A stretch of DNA of 64,000 bases from Elusimicrobiales bacterium (GCA_049972095.1 JBMFKQ010000003.1:23613-87612), one strand, 5' to 3'. Shown: positions 17,832 to 28,409, numbered from the stretch's first letter. Translations and numbers: made by a program. Notes: generated by a model not told the origin, from the sequence alone.

Positions 17832-19181
17832 ATGCCATTTTGGGGGCAGAGAGATGAAACACCTAAACCACAATCACCTCAACCATCATCAGATATATCG
17901 AAATTCTCAAATCTTGAAGAAGCTTATAACAATCTTGTAGATTCAAAGATGAAATCACCTGCTATAGATCTTGCGATTAAGGCAAGTGATATGATCCTTG
18001 AGTTTGCAGTAAAAGAAAGGGCAAGCGATGTACATATAGAAGGACAAGGGCAGAAGCTAAGGGTTAGATTTAGAATAGATGGCATACTACATGATGTTTT
18101 AAATGTTCCAAGAAATCCTCAAATTCCATTAACACAAAGAATAAGGGTCCTTGCAGGATTTGATCCGGAGCCACCATCAACATATAGAAATGAAGAAGGA
18201 AGATTTCAAAAGATAATAAATGGAAGAACGATACAGGTTAGAGTTTCATCATTTCCAACAATAAACGGTGAAAAACTTGTTTTAAGAGTTCTTGATAAGG
18301 GGCAGCTTGGCCTTGATATAGAGCAACTCGGAATGGAAGCAGATACACTTTCTCTAATTAAAAAGGTTATAAGAAATCCTTATGGCATATTCTTTGTAAC
18401 AGGAGCAACCGGCTCGGGTAAAACCACAACACTTTATGCAATGCTTAAAAACATAAACAATCCAGCAATAAACATAATAACCCTTGAAGACCCTGTTGAA
18501 TACCGACTTGAAGGCATAAATCAGGCTCAAATAGACTTTAAAAGAGGTTTTATATGGTCTGAGGGTTTGAGAACTATACTCAGGCAAGATCCTGATGTTA
18601 TAATGATAGGAGAGATAAGGGATTATGAAACTGCAGAGATATCACTGAGAGCTGCTCTTACAGGACATCTCTTGTTTACAACAATACACACAATAAATGC
18701 TCCAAGCACAATAGAAAGACTATTTGAGATGGGGATACCACCATTTCTTATAGCTTCATCCATGATAGGAGCAATGTCTCAAAGGCTTGTTAGAAAGGTT
18801 TGTCAAAAATGCTCAAAAAAAGCTGCACCCCCAACAGATGCAAGTGTGAATGAGTTTGTGAAAAATATGGATCCATTAGAGGCTAAGCTTGTTAAAGAAC
18901 TTCTTCTGATGCCAAACTCAGACTATAGAGTTGCAAATGAGGGGGGATGTCCTGATTGTAGAAATACAGGCTATATGGGAAGAACTGGAATTTTTGAATT
19001 GATGCTTATGAGTGAGGATATAAGAAAAGAGGTTCTTAATCACTCAACCACAGATGTAATAAAAAAGGTTGCCATTCAAACAGGAAAGATGAGAACACTT
19101 CTTATGGATGGAATCCTTAAAGCAAGAAATGGCATAACAACCCTTGCGGAGGTTATAAGAGTAACTGCAACAATGGTTTAA
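17832..19181 (+). CDS. GspE/PilB-family secretion or pilus-assembly ATPase
   Basis: ASDVHIE, RFRIDG, Walker A GATGSGKTT, EDPVE, LRQDPD, TGHL, CxxC..CxxC, GRTGIFE. Confidence 0.93.
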   Translation: MPFWGQRDETPKPQSPQPSSDISKFSNLEEAYNNLVDSKMKSPAIDLAIKASDMILEFAVKERASDVHIEGQGQKLRVRFRIDGILHDVLNVPRNPQIPLTQRIRVLAGFDPEPPSTYRNEEGRFQKIINGRTIQVRVSSFPTINGEKLVLRVLDKGQLGLDIEQLGMEADTLSLIKKVIRNPYGIFFVTGATGSGKTTTLYAMLKNINNPAINIITLEDPVEYRLEGINQAQIDFKRGFIWSEGLRTILRQDPDVIMIGEIRDYETAEISLRAALTGHLLFTTIHTINAPSTIERLFEMGIPPFLIASSMIGAMSQRLVRKVCQKCSKKAAPPTDASVNEFVKNMDPLEAKLVKELLLMPNSDYRVANEGGCPDCRNTGYMGRTGIFELMLMSEDIRKEVLNHSTTDVIKKVAIQTGKMRTLLMDGILKARNGITTLAEVIRVTATMV

Positions 19182-20128
19182 TGAAACTTGCAGTTCTTAA
19201 ATTTGGGGGAAGTTCACTTTCAAACTCAAAAAGAATAATATACATAGCATTGAGAATTAAGCAATATCTTGAATTTTATGATAGGATTGTCGTAGTTCTT
19301 TCAGCACCAGCAAACATAACTGATGAACTCTCCCTTATACATAAAGCTGTCTCATCATTAAACCCTCCTGCATCTCTTCTTCAAATAGGTGAGCTCATAA
19401 GCATTTCATTAATGGAATCAGCAGTTAGAGAGAAAAATGTTTCTGCTAAAGCACTTAATCATTATGAGATTTCAATAATTGCAGAGGGTAATGAAAGCGA
19501 TGCCAAACTTATTTCTATTAACGAGAAAAGACTTAAAAATGAATTAAGAAGATATAGGGTTTTAATACTCCCTGGATTTATCGCGCACACAAGAAAAATG
19601 AAGCCTGTGACACTTGGGAGAGGTGGTAGTGATTATACTGCTGTTTTTTTATCAGATATCCTTTCATCACCCTGTTATCTTTACAGTGATATAAAGGGAA
19701 TATACTCTTCAAATCCATTACAAATAGCAGATGCACTAAAATTAGAAAAGGTCTCATATTCAGAGCTTTCAAGGATGATAGAATGTGGTGTTCAAATAAG
19801 ACAGATTAAGGCAGTCAACTTTGCTTTAAGAAAAAAAATAAAACTTTATCTCGGCTCAAGTTTCCTTTCAGATGAAAAACCAACAGAGATTTCAAAAGAT
19901 ACATCAGACAAACGCATAAAGTTTATATCAAGGCATGAGATTGAAAAAACAACTCTTTTTTTTGTAGCAAATAAGATAGAGAGCAGAGAGCAAATTATCA
20001 AAGAGATAAAAGCATCATTTCCACAATCATCAATAAAGTTAAAAAAAGATATACTTATTTTAAAAAATCAAAATCCAGTATCAGACAAAAGGTTCAGTGA
20101 AACCCACAGAAGATTTATTCTTAAATAA
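19181..20128 (+). CDS. Aspartate kinase-like protein without recognisable ACT domains
   Basis: KFGGSSL, VVVLSA, TLGRGGSDYTA, DIKGIYSSNP. Confidence 0.8.
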   Translation: MKLAVLKFGGSSLSNSKRIIYIALRIKQYLEFYDRIVVVLSAPANITDELSLIHKAVSSLNPPASLLQIGELISISLMESAVREKNVSAKALNHYEISIIAEGNESDAKLISINEKRLKNELRRYRVLILPGFIAHTRKMKPVTLGRGGSDYTAVFLSDILSSPCYLYSDIKGIYSSNPLQIADALKLEKVSYSELSRMIECGVQIRQIKAVNFALRKKIKLYLGSSFLSDEKPTEISKDTSDKRIKFISRHEIEKTTLFFVANKIESREQIIKEIKASFPQSSIKLKKDILILKNQNPVSDKRFSETHRRFILK

Positions 20129-20237
20129 CAACCATTGAAAATATATTTGTATTTAATTAAGAGGAAGGTGCTATTTGTGGTTTATTCAACCTTTCTAAAA
20201 TCAGATGTTTGTGGTGATAGTGTTTCTAAGGATTATT

Positions 20238-20435
20238 TTATTCACCTTTTGACTGCAAGACCACAGGTAAAAATGCTAAACTCAAAGCAATAACTACAAC
20301 ACTATAAAAAAAGGCATAAGAATAAAGTTCACTAATATCATAAATATCGGATATGGTTTTCTTAAAAAGATAAATACTAAATATTATACCACAACACCAA
20401 AGAGATGAAAAAAATAATTTTAAAAGAATTCTCAT
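20238..20435 (-). CDS. Small hypothetical membrane protein (65 aa, two TM segments)
   Basis: Follows ribF by 9 nt on the same strand; two hydrophobic stretches; TGtTAAAAT 6 nt before ATG. Confidence 0.55.
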   Translation of the reverse strand: MRILLKLFFSSLWCCGIIFSIYLFKKTISDIYDISELYSYAFFYSVVVIALSLAFLPVVLQSKGE

Positions 20436-20444
20436 ATTAAAATT

Positions 20445-21356
20445 TTAACATTTTTTTTGATTCATTTGTTCGAAAAAGTAGCCCTTTGCTCTCTCGATAT
20501 CATTTTTTATTTCACATACAAGTTCATCAGCACTTCTGAATTTTTTTTCTTCTCTTATTTTATGAAGAAACTTAATACCTAAAAGCTCTCCATATATATC
20601 TTTATTGAAATCAAATATATGAACCTCACATATAATCTGGCCACCTAAGGTATTAAAGGTAGGACGTTTTCCAACATTTGCCACTCCCCTCAATCTTTCA
20701 TTTCTTAAATTAACCTCAACAGCAAAGATACCCAATGGCAGTATCTTTCTAATATCAACCTCTATATTGGCTGTTGGATATCCAAGTCTGCGCCCTATAC
20801 CAGCGCCTTTTTTAACAATGCCGTAAAGAGAATAAGGTCTTGCAAGAAGCTCTTTAACCTCATCAACCTTGCCTTTTTTCAAAAATTCTCTAACAAGTGT
20901 TGAGGAAACTATGTGATTGTGATACTTGATATAATCCACGATGTGAACTGAAAAGTTCTTATCTCTTGCAAAATTAAATAACCATTCAAGATTTCCTCTT
21001 CTCTGATAGCCAATCGCAAAATCTTTTCCAACAACAATATCTTCAACAGCGCATTGAGAGAATACAAATTTATTAAAAAAATCCTCAGGGCTCATTGTAT
21101 GAACTTTATTATTAAATTCAATGGAAAAGATTTTTTCTACTCCATAGTTCTTGATAAGAGATCTTCTTTCTTCAGGAAGGGTTATTAAGGAATTTACAAG
21201 CTCATTTTTAAAATAAAGCTTCGGAGGTGTTTCAAGAAAAAATATAGAAGATTCAATCTTTTTATGATGTGATATTTCTATAATTTTATTCAATATAGCT
21301 TGGTGCCCAATATGAAGCCCATCATAGCTTCCTATAGTCATAACATTCCTTTTCAT
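20445..21356 (-). CDS. ribF: Riboflavin kinase / FMN adenylyltransferase
   Basis: GSYDGLHIGH, SST, GRRLGYPTAN, EVHIFDF. Confidence 0.97.
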   Translation of the reverse strand: MKRNVMTIGSYDGLHIGHQAILNKIIEISHHKKIESSIFFLETPPKLYFKNELVNSLITLPEERRSLIKNYGVEKIFSIEFNNKVHTMSPEDFFNKFVFSQCAVEDIVVGKDFAIGYQRRGNLEWLFNFARDKNFSVHIVDYIKYHNHIVSSTLVREFLKKGKVDEVKELLARPYSLYGIVKKGAGIGRRLGYPTANIEVDIRKILPLGIFAVEVNLRNERLRGVANVGKRPTFNTLGGQIICEVHIFDFNKDIYGELLGIKFLHKIREEKKFRSADELVCEIKNDIERAKGYFFEQMNQKKC

Positions 21357-22030
21357 TTTATTTTGATAACAAGATTTTTGATTTCATCAATACCCATCTT
21401 CTCAAATTTATCTATACTCACAGCATTATTTATAGAGTATTCTCCTATCTCAACCCTTCTCAAAGATGATAATGTTCCACCACATCCAAGAACCTCACCA
21501 AGTTGATGTGCGATTGATCTTACATATGTCCCACTTGAGCATTTTATCTTAAATCTAATACTTCTATCATAATACTTCCATTCAAGCCATTTAACTCTTA
21601 CAGTTTTTTTTACAATGGGAGTTGGAAGTTTTTTTCTTGCAAGTTTATAGAGAGTTTGTCCTTTATATTTAACAGCGGAGTAGGGAGGTACCCTTTGAAC
21701 TATTGTGCCTTCAAAAAGCGATATACCTTTTTTAATGGCGGAGTAAGGTATATTTAAATTATCAATCTTTTTGATTATCCTTCCTTCTATATCCCATGTA
21801 TCTGTAACAATGCCAAGTTTTATCTCACCCTCATAAACCTTTTCCATCATTTGGAATTCATTTTGCTTTTTTGTGGAAACTCCGATAAGAATTATCAAAA
21901 GACCACTTGCCATTGGATCAAGGCTTCCGCTATGTCCAACCCTTTTAATTCCTGTTTTTTTTCTAACAATATTAACAACATCATGAGATGTTAAACCAAT
22001 AGGTTTGTCAAATAGTATTATACCATCCAT
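21353..22030 (-). CDS. truB: tRNA pseudouridine(55) synthase
   Basis: DKPIGLTSHD, GHSGSLDP, PPYSAVK, SSGTYVRS. Confidence 0.97.
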   Translation of the reverse strand: MDGIILFDKPIGLTSHDVVNIVRKKTGIKRVGHSGSLDPMASGLLIILIGVSTKKQNEFQMMEKVYEGEIKLGIVTDTWDIEGRIIKKIDNLNIPYSAIKKGISLFEGTIVQRVPPYSAVKYKGQTLYKLARKKLPTPIVKKTVRVKWLEWKYYDRSIRFKIKCSSGTYVRSIAHQLGEVLGCGGTLSSLRRVEIGEYSINNAVSIDKFEKMGIDEIKNLVIKIK

Positions 22031-23016
22031 TAATGTGCTATTTTTTTCCTTATTTCTCTACTGAGGTATTCTTTAATCTTCTGTTTTAAAATCTCTATAT
22101 CTTTAATTTCTTTTTTTGGTATTTTAAAGCCGCTTGCAGTTATATGCCCACCACCACCGAATCTTGATGCTACATAGGAAACATCTATATTTTTTTTTGA
22201 TCTGAATGTAACACTATATTTTTCAGAGTCCTCTTTTATAAGAAATACAGCAAGAACATCTTCAAGCATCATTGGATAATTAATTATGTTGTCGGTATCT
22301 GTGAAATTAGCCTTATATTTTTTGAAATCGCTTTCTTTTATAACCATTGATGCAATTGAGTTATCAATCTCAAGGCTTGAAAGGGCAACTGAAAGAAGCT
22401 TAAGGTTTTTATATGTAGTTCTATTAAAAAATACCTCATTTATCCTGTAAAAATCAATACCTAACGACATAAGATTGCTAACAATCTTAAGGGTTTGTGG
22501 TCTTGTTTGAGGATATTGAAATCTACCTGTGTCTGTTATTATTCCAGCATACAGATTAACTGCCATCGTTGGTGTTATAGAGGCACCCATTTTTTTAATA
22601 ACAGAATATATAATCTCTGAGGTTGATGGATAGTCGGGATAGATTATATTAAGATCTGCATATCTTTCAGCAGTTATATGGTGATCTATGCTAATTGTTT
22701 TTCTAAATCTGAAATCAGATATATCAATACCTGACCTTTGAGGTACTGAGCACTCAAAAAAAACAGCGGTATCAAAGACTTTCAAGATTATCTTATCCTT
22801 CACATCCTTCACGCCGGGAAGTGTCATAAGAGCGTTGTTAAGTTTATCATGAGAATACATATAAACCTTTTTCCCTTTCCCTTTCAAAAACTCAGCAAAA
22901 CATAGCATGCTTCCGCATGCATCTGCATCCGGAATCATATGAATAGTGAGAAAAAAGGTTTTAGAAGAATCTATAATTTCTTTAAGAGCTTTTATTTTTT
23001 TTATCATCCCAGGCAT
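22030..23016 (-). CDS. nrnA: DHH/DHHA1 oligoribonuclease / pAp phosphatase (NrnA-like)
   Basis: HxxPDAD, IDHH, TDTGRF, GGGH; usual position between rbfA and truB. Confidence 0.9.
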   Translation of the reverse strand: MPGMIKKIKALKEIIDSSKTFFLTIHMIPDADACGSMLCFAEFLKGKGKKVYMYSHDKLNNALMTLPGVKDVKDKIILKVFDTAVFFECSVPQRSGIDISDFRFRKTISIDHHITAERYADLNIIYPDYPSTSEIIYSVIKKMGASITPTMAVNLYAGIITDTGRFQYPQTRPQTLKIVSNLMSLGIDFYRINEVFFNRTTYKNLKLLSVALSSLEIDNSIASMVIKESDFKKYKANFTDTDNIINYPMMLEDVLAVFLIKEDSEKYSVTFRSKKNIDVSYVASRFGGGGHITASGFKIPKKEIKDIEILKQKIKEYLSREIRKKIAH

Positions 23017-23368
23017 TATTTTTCTCCGACTCTATTTTTTTAAGTATCTCTTCTATTCTGCTTGCATGTTGTGGAGTTGGATCATAAATGAAATAAAGAT
23101 TTGGGATAAACCTCGTTTTTATCCTTTTCCCTACAAACTGTCTTATCTCAGTTGCAAGGCTGTCTAAGAAAGATTTCACCTCATCTATTTTATTCTGATT
23201 ATTATTCCCAAAAATTGAGAAATAAATATTAACAGATTTACCTTTATTTATAATCTCAGCATCAGTAACTGTCACGAAAGCAATCTCTTTTAGTTCCTCA
23301 TTTCTCAAAAGAAGGCTGTTTATCTCCTCAAGAAGTGATGATTTAAGCTTATCCTCTTTGAAATTCAT
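22982..23368 (-). CDS. rbfA: Ribosome-binding factor A
   Basis: FVTVT, RFIPNLYFIYD..ASRIEEIL; follows infB. Confidence 0.9.
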   Translation of the reverse strand: MNFKEDKLKSSLLEEINSLLLRNEELKEIAFVTVTDAEIINKGKSVNIYFSIFGNNNQNKIDEVKSFLDSLATEIRQFVGKRIKTRFIPNLYFIYDPTPQHASRIEEILKKIESEKNNAWDDKKNKSS

Positions 23369-25625
23369 CAATCCTCCTGATTCTTTCTTCTTTGATATAT
23401 GCCTCTATTACATCTCCAACCTCAAAATTTCTGCATCCTTCAAGCATTATTCCACATTCGTATCCTTTCTCAACCTCCTTCACATCCTCTTTAAACCTCT
23501 TAAGCCCAATGATTTTAGCCTCTCCAATAACCTGAGAATTTCTGATTATCCTTACAAGAGAATTTCTTGTTATTTTACCTTCGCTAACAACACAACCACA
23601 AACTCTTCCCGTTGATATATCAAATATTTGTTTTATATCAGCCCTTCCTATAACTACATCAACTATCTCCGGTTCAAGCATTCCATTTATTGCTGCTTTT
23701 ATATCATCAAAAAGCTCATATATAATTCTGTATATCCTTATTTCAACACCATTAGCTTTTGCCTTTTCCTTTATATCCTCACTCGCTTTGACATTAAAAG
23801 CAAATATTATAGCATTTGAAGCCTTTGCAAGAAGAAGATCTGATTCATTTATATCGCCTATACCAGTATGAAGGATGTGAATTACAACCTCTGAATTTAA
23901 AAACTTTTCAAGGCTGTCTCTTATAGCCTGAAGTGAACCATAAACATCGCTCTTTATTATAATATTTAGTTTTTTTATCTCCTTCTGGTCTATCTGGGGT
24001 TTAAGTGAAAGAAGTGATATATTTTTTTGGTGAAGTATATTATCTTTTCTAAGCTGTTTTCTTTCTTCTGCAATTTTCCTTGCAATCCTCTCATTTTCCA
24101 CAACCTTGAGTATATCACCCGGCACAGGGATCTCTTCGTTTATTCCAATTACCTCAGCTGGAACGCCCGGTGTTATCTCTTTCAATCTCTCTCCCCTATC
24201 TCCAATAAGTGCCCTTACCTTTCCAAAATCAGTTCCAACAATAAAGTTATCTCCTATTTTTATTGTTCCTCTTGTTGCTATGATCGTTGCAACAACACCT
24301 TTCTTTGAGTCTTTTTTCGCTTCAACAACAACAGCCCTTCCTTTTACATCATAGTTGGCTTTGAGCTCCATTATCTCAGCTTGAAGGAGAATCGTATTCA
24401 AAAGTTTGTCAATATTTATTTTTTTCTTGGCAGAGATCTCAACCATTGGGACCTTACCACCCCATTCCTCGGGTATAAGATTATAAGATGAAAGTTGCTG
24501 TTTTACCTGTTGAGGATTTGCGCGAGGGAGATCTATCTTATTTATGGCAACTATTATTGGTACATTGGCTGCCTTTGCATGGTTTATTGCTTCAATTGTT
24601 TGAGGCATGACTCCGTCAACTGCGCAAACTACGAGTACAACTATATCTGTTATTTTAACTCCTTGAGCTCTCATCGCTGTGAAAGCTTCATGACCGGGAG
24701 TATCAAGCACGGTAATATTGCCCTTTGGGGTTCTAATCATATATGCACCTATATGCTGGGTTATTTGTCCTGCCTCTGTGTCAACAACATTTGAGTTTCT
24801 TAAAGCATCAAGAAGTGTTGTCTTTCCATGATCAACATGCCCCATTATTGTTATAACAGGCGGCCTCGTTTTCAACCTTGATGGGTCATCTTTCTCATCT
24901 TCATCAACTATAACTGTATCATCAAAGACTGGTGCGAACTCAAGCTCATAGCCATAGTCAAGACTTATCAATGCTGCTACATCCTCTTCAAGCCTCTGGG
25001 TTATTGATGCAAATATTCCATATTCCATAAGTTTTTTTATAAGTTCCACTGAAGATATGCCAAGTTTTTCAGCAAGATCCTTAACTGTAAGAGATGTTGA
25101 AACCCTTAATTTTTTATACTCTACATCCTCTTTTTTCTCTATCTTTAAAAGATTTTTTTTTGTATTGATCTCTTCTTTTTTTTCCTTCTTTTCCTTAGGC
25201 TGTTCATCTTTCACCTTTTTCTTTTTGAGTTCTTGATATCTTGCTTTTGTAGTTTTTGTATCCTTTATTTCATATGTGATATAACTCCCTTCATCATTTT
25301 GATTAGCAGGAGTTTGCAATTCTTTTTCTTTTTCAGAAAGTAGTTGAGTGGTTTGAAGATCACTTCTGTGAATTTTTTTATCATTACTTTGTTTTTTCTT
25401 ATCAGTTTCCAAAGTTTCAATCTCTTTTGCTTTTTCAATTTCCTTATCAGCACTTTCAACAATCTCAGCACTTGAAGTCTGTGATGTCGATTGATCGATT
25501 TTTTTTGCTTTAAGTTTTTCAAGAAAAGCTTTAGCCTTATTCCTATCTATTTCAACCTTAACCTTTTTCTTTGTCCCTCTTATCTCATCAATAGTTTTCT
25601 TCTCTATCCTTTTATCTTGACTCAT
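23349..25625 (-). CDS. infB: Translation initiation factor IF-2
   Basis: RPPVITIMGHVDHGKTT, DTPGHEAF, NKID, GYECG. Confidence 0.98.
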   Translation of the reverse strand: MSQDKRIEKKTIDEIRGTKKKVKVEIDRNKAKAFLEKLKAKKIDQSTSQTSSAEIVESADKEIEKAKEIETLETDKKKQSNDKKIHRSDLQTTQLLSEKEKELQTPANQNDEGSYITYEIKDTKTTKARYQELKKKKVKDEQPKEKKEKKEEINTKKNLLKIEKKEDVEYKKLRVSTSLTVKDLAEKLGISSVELIKKLMEYGIFASITQRLEEDVAALISLDYGYELEFAPVFDDTVIVDEDEKDDPSRLKTRPPVITIMGHVDHGKTTLLDALRNSNVVDTEAGQITQHIGAYMIRTPKGNITVLDTPGHEAFTAMRAQGVKITDIVVLVVCAVDGVMPQTIEAINHAKAANVPIIVAINKIDLPRANPQQVKQQLSSYNLIPEEWGGKVPMVEISAKKKINIDKLLNTILLQAEIMELKANYDVKGRAVVVEAKKDSKKGVVATIIATRGTIKIGDNFIVGTDFGKVRALIGDRGERLKEITPGVPAEVIGINEEIPVPGDILKVVENERIARKIAEERKQLRKDNILHQKNISLLSLKPQIDQKEIKKLNIIIKSDVYGSLQAIRDSLEKFLNSEVVIHILHTGIGDINESDLLLAKASNAIIFAFNVKASEDIKEKAKANGVEIRIYRIIYELFDDIKAAINGMLEPEIVDVVIGRADIKQIFDISTGRVCGCVVSEGKITRNSLVRIIRNSQVIGEAKIIGLKRFKEDVKEVEKGYECGIMLEGCRNFEVGDVIEAYIKEERIRRIDEFQRG

Positions 25626-25654
25626 AGAGTATGCTCCTTACCTTTATAAAGATA

Positions 25655-26947
25655 TTATCCTTTTTTATCATTGTTGTTCTTATCTTTATTTTCAGAGAGG
25701 TATTTTTTAACCCCTTCAATTATCTTTTGAGCTGTCTTATCTCCTATTCCTGAAAGTGTAGAAAGTTCATCAGGCTTAAGCCCTATAATTTTCTCAGGTG
25801 TTGAATAACCAAACTTGACGAGGGTTTCAGCTATCCTTTGGCTTATCCCTTCAATCTCCATAAGCTTTTTTACACTACTCCTAAAGTTTTCAGATATCTC
25901 CTTTTCCTTCTGGGATTCAGATTTTACCTCAAAAGTGTAGTCTGTAAGTTTCTCAACCAAAGCCCTGTTTATTCCATCTCTTCCAACAGCCATATCTATT
26001 TGATCGTCAGCGACTATAACAATTGCTCTTTTATTCAGCTTGTCTATTGAAACTGAACTAACCTTTGCAGGGGAAAAGGCTTTTGCTATTATCTGAACTA
26101 TATCCTCAGAATAAGGGATCAGATCTATCTTCTCATTCGATATCTCAGCCATTATTGCTTTTATCCTTGAACCTTTAACACCAACACATGCTCCCACAGG
26201 ATCAATTTTTGATGAGTTACTTTTAACTATTATCTTTGATCTTACACCTGGCTCCCTAACAACCTTCACAATTTCTACTATGCCATCATATATCTCCGGT
26301 ATTTCATTTTGAAATATGGCTTTAAGAAACTCTATTGATGCTCTGGATAGGATTATCTGAGGGGTTCTATTCTTTTCAACCCTCTGTATTATTGCCTTTA
26401 TTCTGTCGTTAACAGAATACCTCTCTTTTTTTATCTGCTCTGAAAAAGGAAGGATTGCCTCAGCCTTACCAAGATTTACAAGTATATCCCTGTTGTTTAT
26501 ATGCGTGACAAGGCCACTAACTATTTCACCAACTCGTGGTGAAAACTCTGAGTAAACCTTTTCTCTTTCTGAAATCCTTATTTTCTGAAGAAGCGTTTGT
26601 TTTGCTATTTGAGATGCTATTCTTGAAAAATCTCTAACATCAATCGGTATTCTGATCTTTTCACCTATTTTTGCATCAGCCTTATATTTTTTAGCCTCCT
26701 CAAGTGATATCTCAAGCTCATCAACCCCAACCTCATCAACAACATCCTTAACAAAATATGCTTTTACCTCTGCTGTTTCATTATCAACATCAGCCTCAAT
26801 CTGGACAAGCTTACCATAGTATTTTCTAAGAGCAGTAATTGTAGCATCTGCTATGGTCTTAAATATCTCATCTTTTTTTATATTTTTATCCTTTTCAAGC
26901 TGTTCAATTATAGCCATAAATTCACCTTTTTTGAATGTTTTGTCCAT
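25655..26947 (-). CDS. nusA: Transcription termination factor NusA
   Basis: FSRIASQIAKQ, REPGVRSK, DPVGACVG; C-terminal HhH-like repeats; SD GGAG before ATG 26947. Confidence 0.97.
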   Translation of the reverse strand: MDKTFKKGEFMAIIEQLEKDKNIKKDEIFKTIADATITALRKYYGKLVQIEADVDNETAEVKAYFVKDVVDEVGVDELEISLEEAKKYKADAKIGEKIRIPIDVRDFSRIASQIAKQTLLQKIRISEREKVYSEFSPRVGEIVSGLVTHINNRDILVNLGKAEAILPFSEQIKKERYSVNDRIKAIIQRVEKNRTPQIILSRASIEFLKAIFQNEIPEIYDGIVEIVKVVREPGVRSKIIVKSNSSKIDPVGACVGVKGSRIKAIMAEISNEKIDLIPYSEDIVQIIAKAFSPAKVSSVSIDKLNKRAIVIVADDQIDMAVGRDGINRALVEKLTDYTFEVKSESQKEKEISENFRSSVKKLMEIEGISQRIAETLVKFGYSTPEKIIGLKPDELSTLSGIGDKTAQKIIEGVKKYLSENKDKNNNDKKG

Positions 26948-26959
26948 AAGCACTCCTTT

Positions 26960-27427
26960 TTAATAATTTCCTAAATCTTTAAAGATCTCACTATCATCAG
27001 GATTAAGCCTTATCTCCTCTATATCATTCATGTTAAACTCAAGATTTTCAAAAATTGCCTTTCCATCTTTGAAACCAACTATCCTTGAATAATAAACCCT
27101 CGTTCCTTCAAAAGGTTTTTTGAGAAGAATCTTTACTTCTTTCCCCTTAAATCTCTCAAAATCCTTAGGCTTTTTTATAATTCTATCTATACCAGGTGAT
27201 GAGACCTCAAGAATATATGAACCATCTATAATAGAGTTCATATCTATAAATGAACCTATTTTATCTGACCACTCCTCACAGTCCTTTATTGTAACGCTAC
27301 CATTTTCTTTGTCAATGAAGATTTGAAGTGTAATATCTTTACCCCTCAATATTCTCAAGTCAACTATCTCAAAACCACTGTTTTCAAAAAGAGGTATAAG
27401 TTTTTTCTCAAGCTCACCAAGATTCAT
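26960..27427 (-). CDS. rimP: Ribosome maturation factor RimP
   Basis: FIDK..TIKDCE, YILEVSSPGIDR. Confidence 0.96.
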   Translation of the reverse strand: MNLGELEKKLIPLFENSGFEIVDLRILRGKDITLQIFIDKENGSVTIKDCEEWSDKIGSFIDMNSIIDGSYILEVSSPGIDRIIKKPKDFERFKGKEVKILLKKPFEGTRVYYSRIVGFKDGKAIFENLEFNMNDIEEIRLNPDDSEIFKDLGNY

Positions 27428-27444
27428 AATTCTTCCTCTATAAT

Positions 27445-27470
27445 AAAAAAGTGGCTTTTAAAGCCACTTT
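27445..27470 (-). terminator. rimP-leader terminator-like hairpin
   Basis: Minus strand reads AAAGTGGC-TTTAAAA-GCCACTTTTTT just upstream of the rimP SD. Confidence 0.75.
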
Positions 27471-27494
27471 CAGCCTTAAAAGGACTATGAATAT

Positions 27495-27524
27495 ATAATA
27501 GCAAAAAACACCTTACAAATGCAA
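27495..27524 (-). promoter_or_regulatory. Putative sigma70 promoter of the rimP-nusA-infB operon
   Basis: TTGCAT, 18-nt spacer, TGcTATTAT on the minus strand. Confidence 0.5.
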
Positions 27525-27655
27525 GATTATAAGCTCATTTCCTTATTGTAAACTGCGATTAGATGGACTTTTTAGATGAATTAGATGGGAGAAATACTTT
27601 CTCAACAAAACATATAAACTTGGAGGTAAAATTACTATCTACTCACATCTTAAAA

Positions 27656-28402
27656 TCACTCAGTTTGTTTGATCTTTCTTACATTAAATCTTTCCCTAAA
27701 CTCTTTAACAAAATCGGCTGATATATCTACAATTCCGGGACCTTCCCTTGACTGGCAATCTATAATCATATCTCCGTTGGGGGAGAAGCATACTGAATAT
27801 CCACTATACCTATTACCTTCATGATCCTCTCCAAGAGAATTTACACCTATAACATAAGCTTGATTTTCAATAGCCCTTGCAGATAAAAGTGAAACCCAGT
27901 GAGATATTCTTGAGTCCGGCCAAGCCGCTACAACTATATAGAGGGTTGTATAAGGTGCAACCTTCCAGAAAATTATAGGAAATCTTAAGTCAAAGCATAT
28001 GAAAGGAGACACACTAAAACCCTCCATATCAAAAGTAACACTTTTTTTACCTCGGCGATAATGCTTATCCTCTTTTGATATGTGAAAGAGATTTATCTTT
28101 GAATATTCTGATATCCTTCTCCCATTCCTATCAAGTGTTATAAATTTATTGTATTTATTCTCAACCCCACCAAAAGATATATTTATGTGATACTTCTTTG
28201 CTATAGAGCAAAAAAAGTTTAGATCGTCTTCGCTTAGTGTTGATATCCTTATATTATTAGTAAATCCTGAAAGCGTCATCTCTGGAAAAATTATCCAATC
28301 AACACCTTTAAGGTCTGATGAATCTATGAGTTTTAGTATTCTTGTTTTATTTGCCTTTTTATCTTCCCACCTTATTCTATACTGAAAGAGCCCTATCTTC
28401 AT
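27656..28402 (-). CDS. Carbon-nitrogen hydrolase (nitrilase superfamily, omega-amidase-like)
   Basis: FPEM, YSKINLF, ICFDLRFP Glu-Lys-Cys triad; ARAIENQ. Confidence 0.9.
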   Translation of the reverse strand: MKIGLFQYRIRWEDKKANKTRILKLIDSSDLKGVDWIIFPEMTLSGFTNNIRISTLSEDDLNFFCSIAKKYHINISFGGVENKYNKFITLDRNGRRISEYSKINLFHISKEDKHYRRGKKSVTFDMEGFSVSPFICFDLRFPIIFWKVAPYTTLYIVVAAWPDSRISHWVSLLSARAIENQAYVIGVNSLGEDHEGNRYSGYSVCFSPNGDMIIDCQSREGPGIVDISADFVKEFRERFNVRKIKQTE

Positions 28403-28409
28403 ACAAACC

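Noticed and set aside
20211..20220. 10-mer GTGGTGATAG shared in reverse complement with 40369-40378, both in convergent gaps
   Set aside because: One 10-nt match among many intergenic comparisons is expected by chance, and the flanks do not align.
27559..27587. Three TTAGATG copies and a short plus-strand ORF from 27563
   Set aside because: Irregular spacing, no SD, and the ORF runs antisense into the nitrilase gene; not CRISPR-like.
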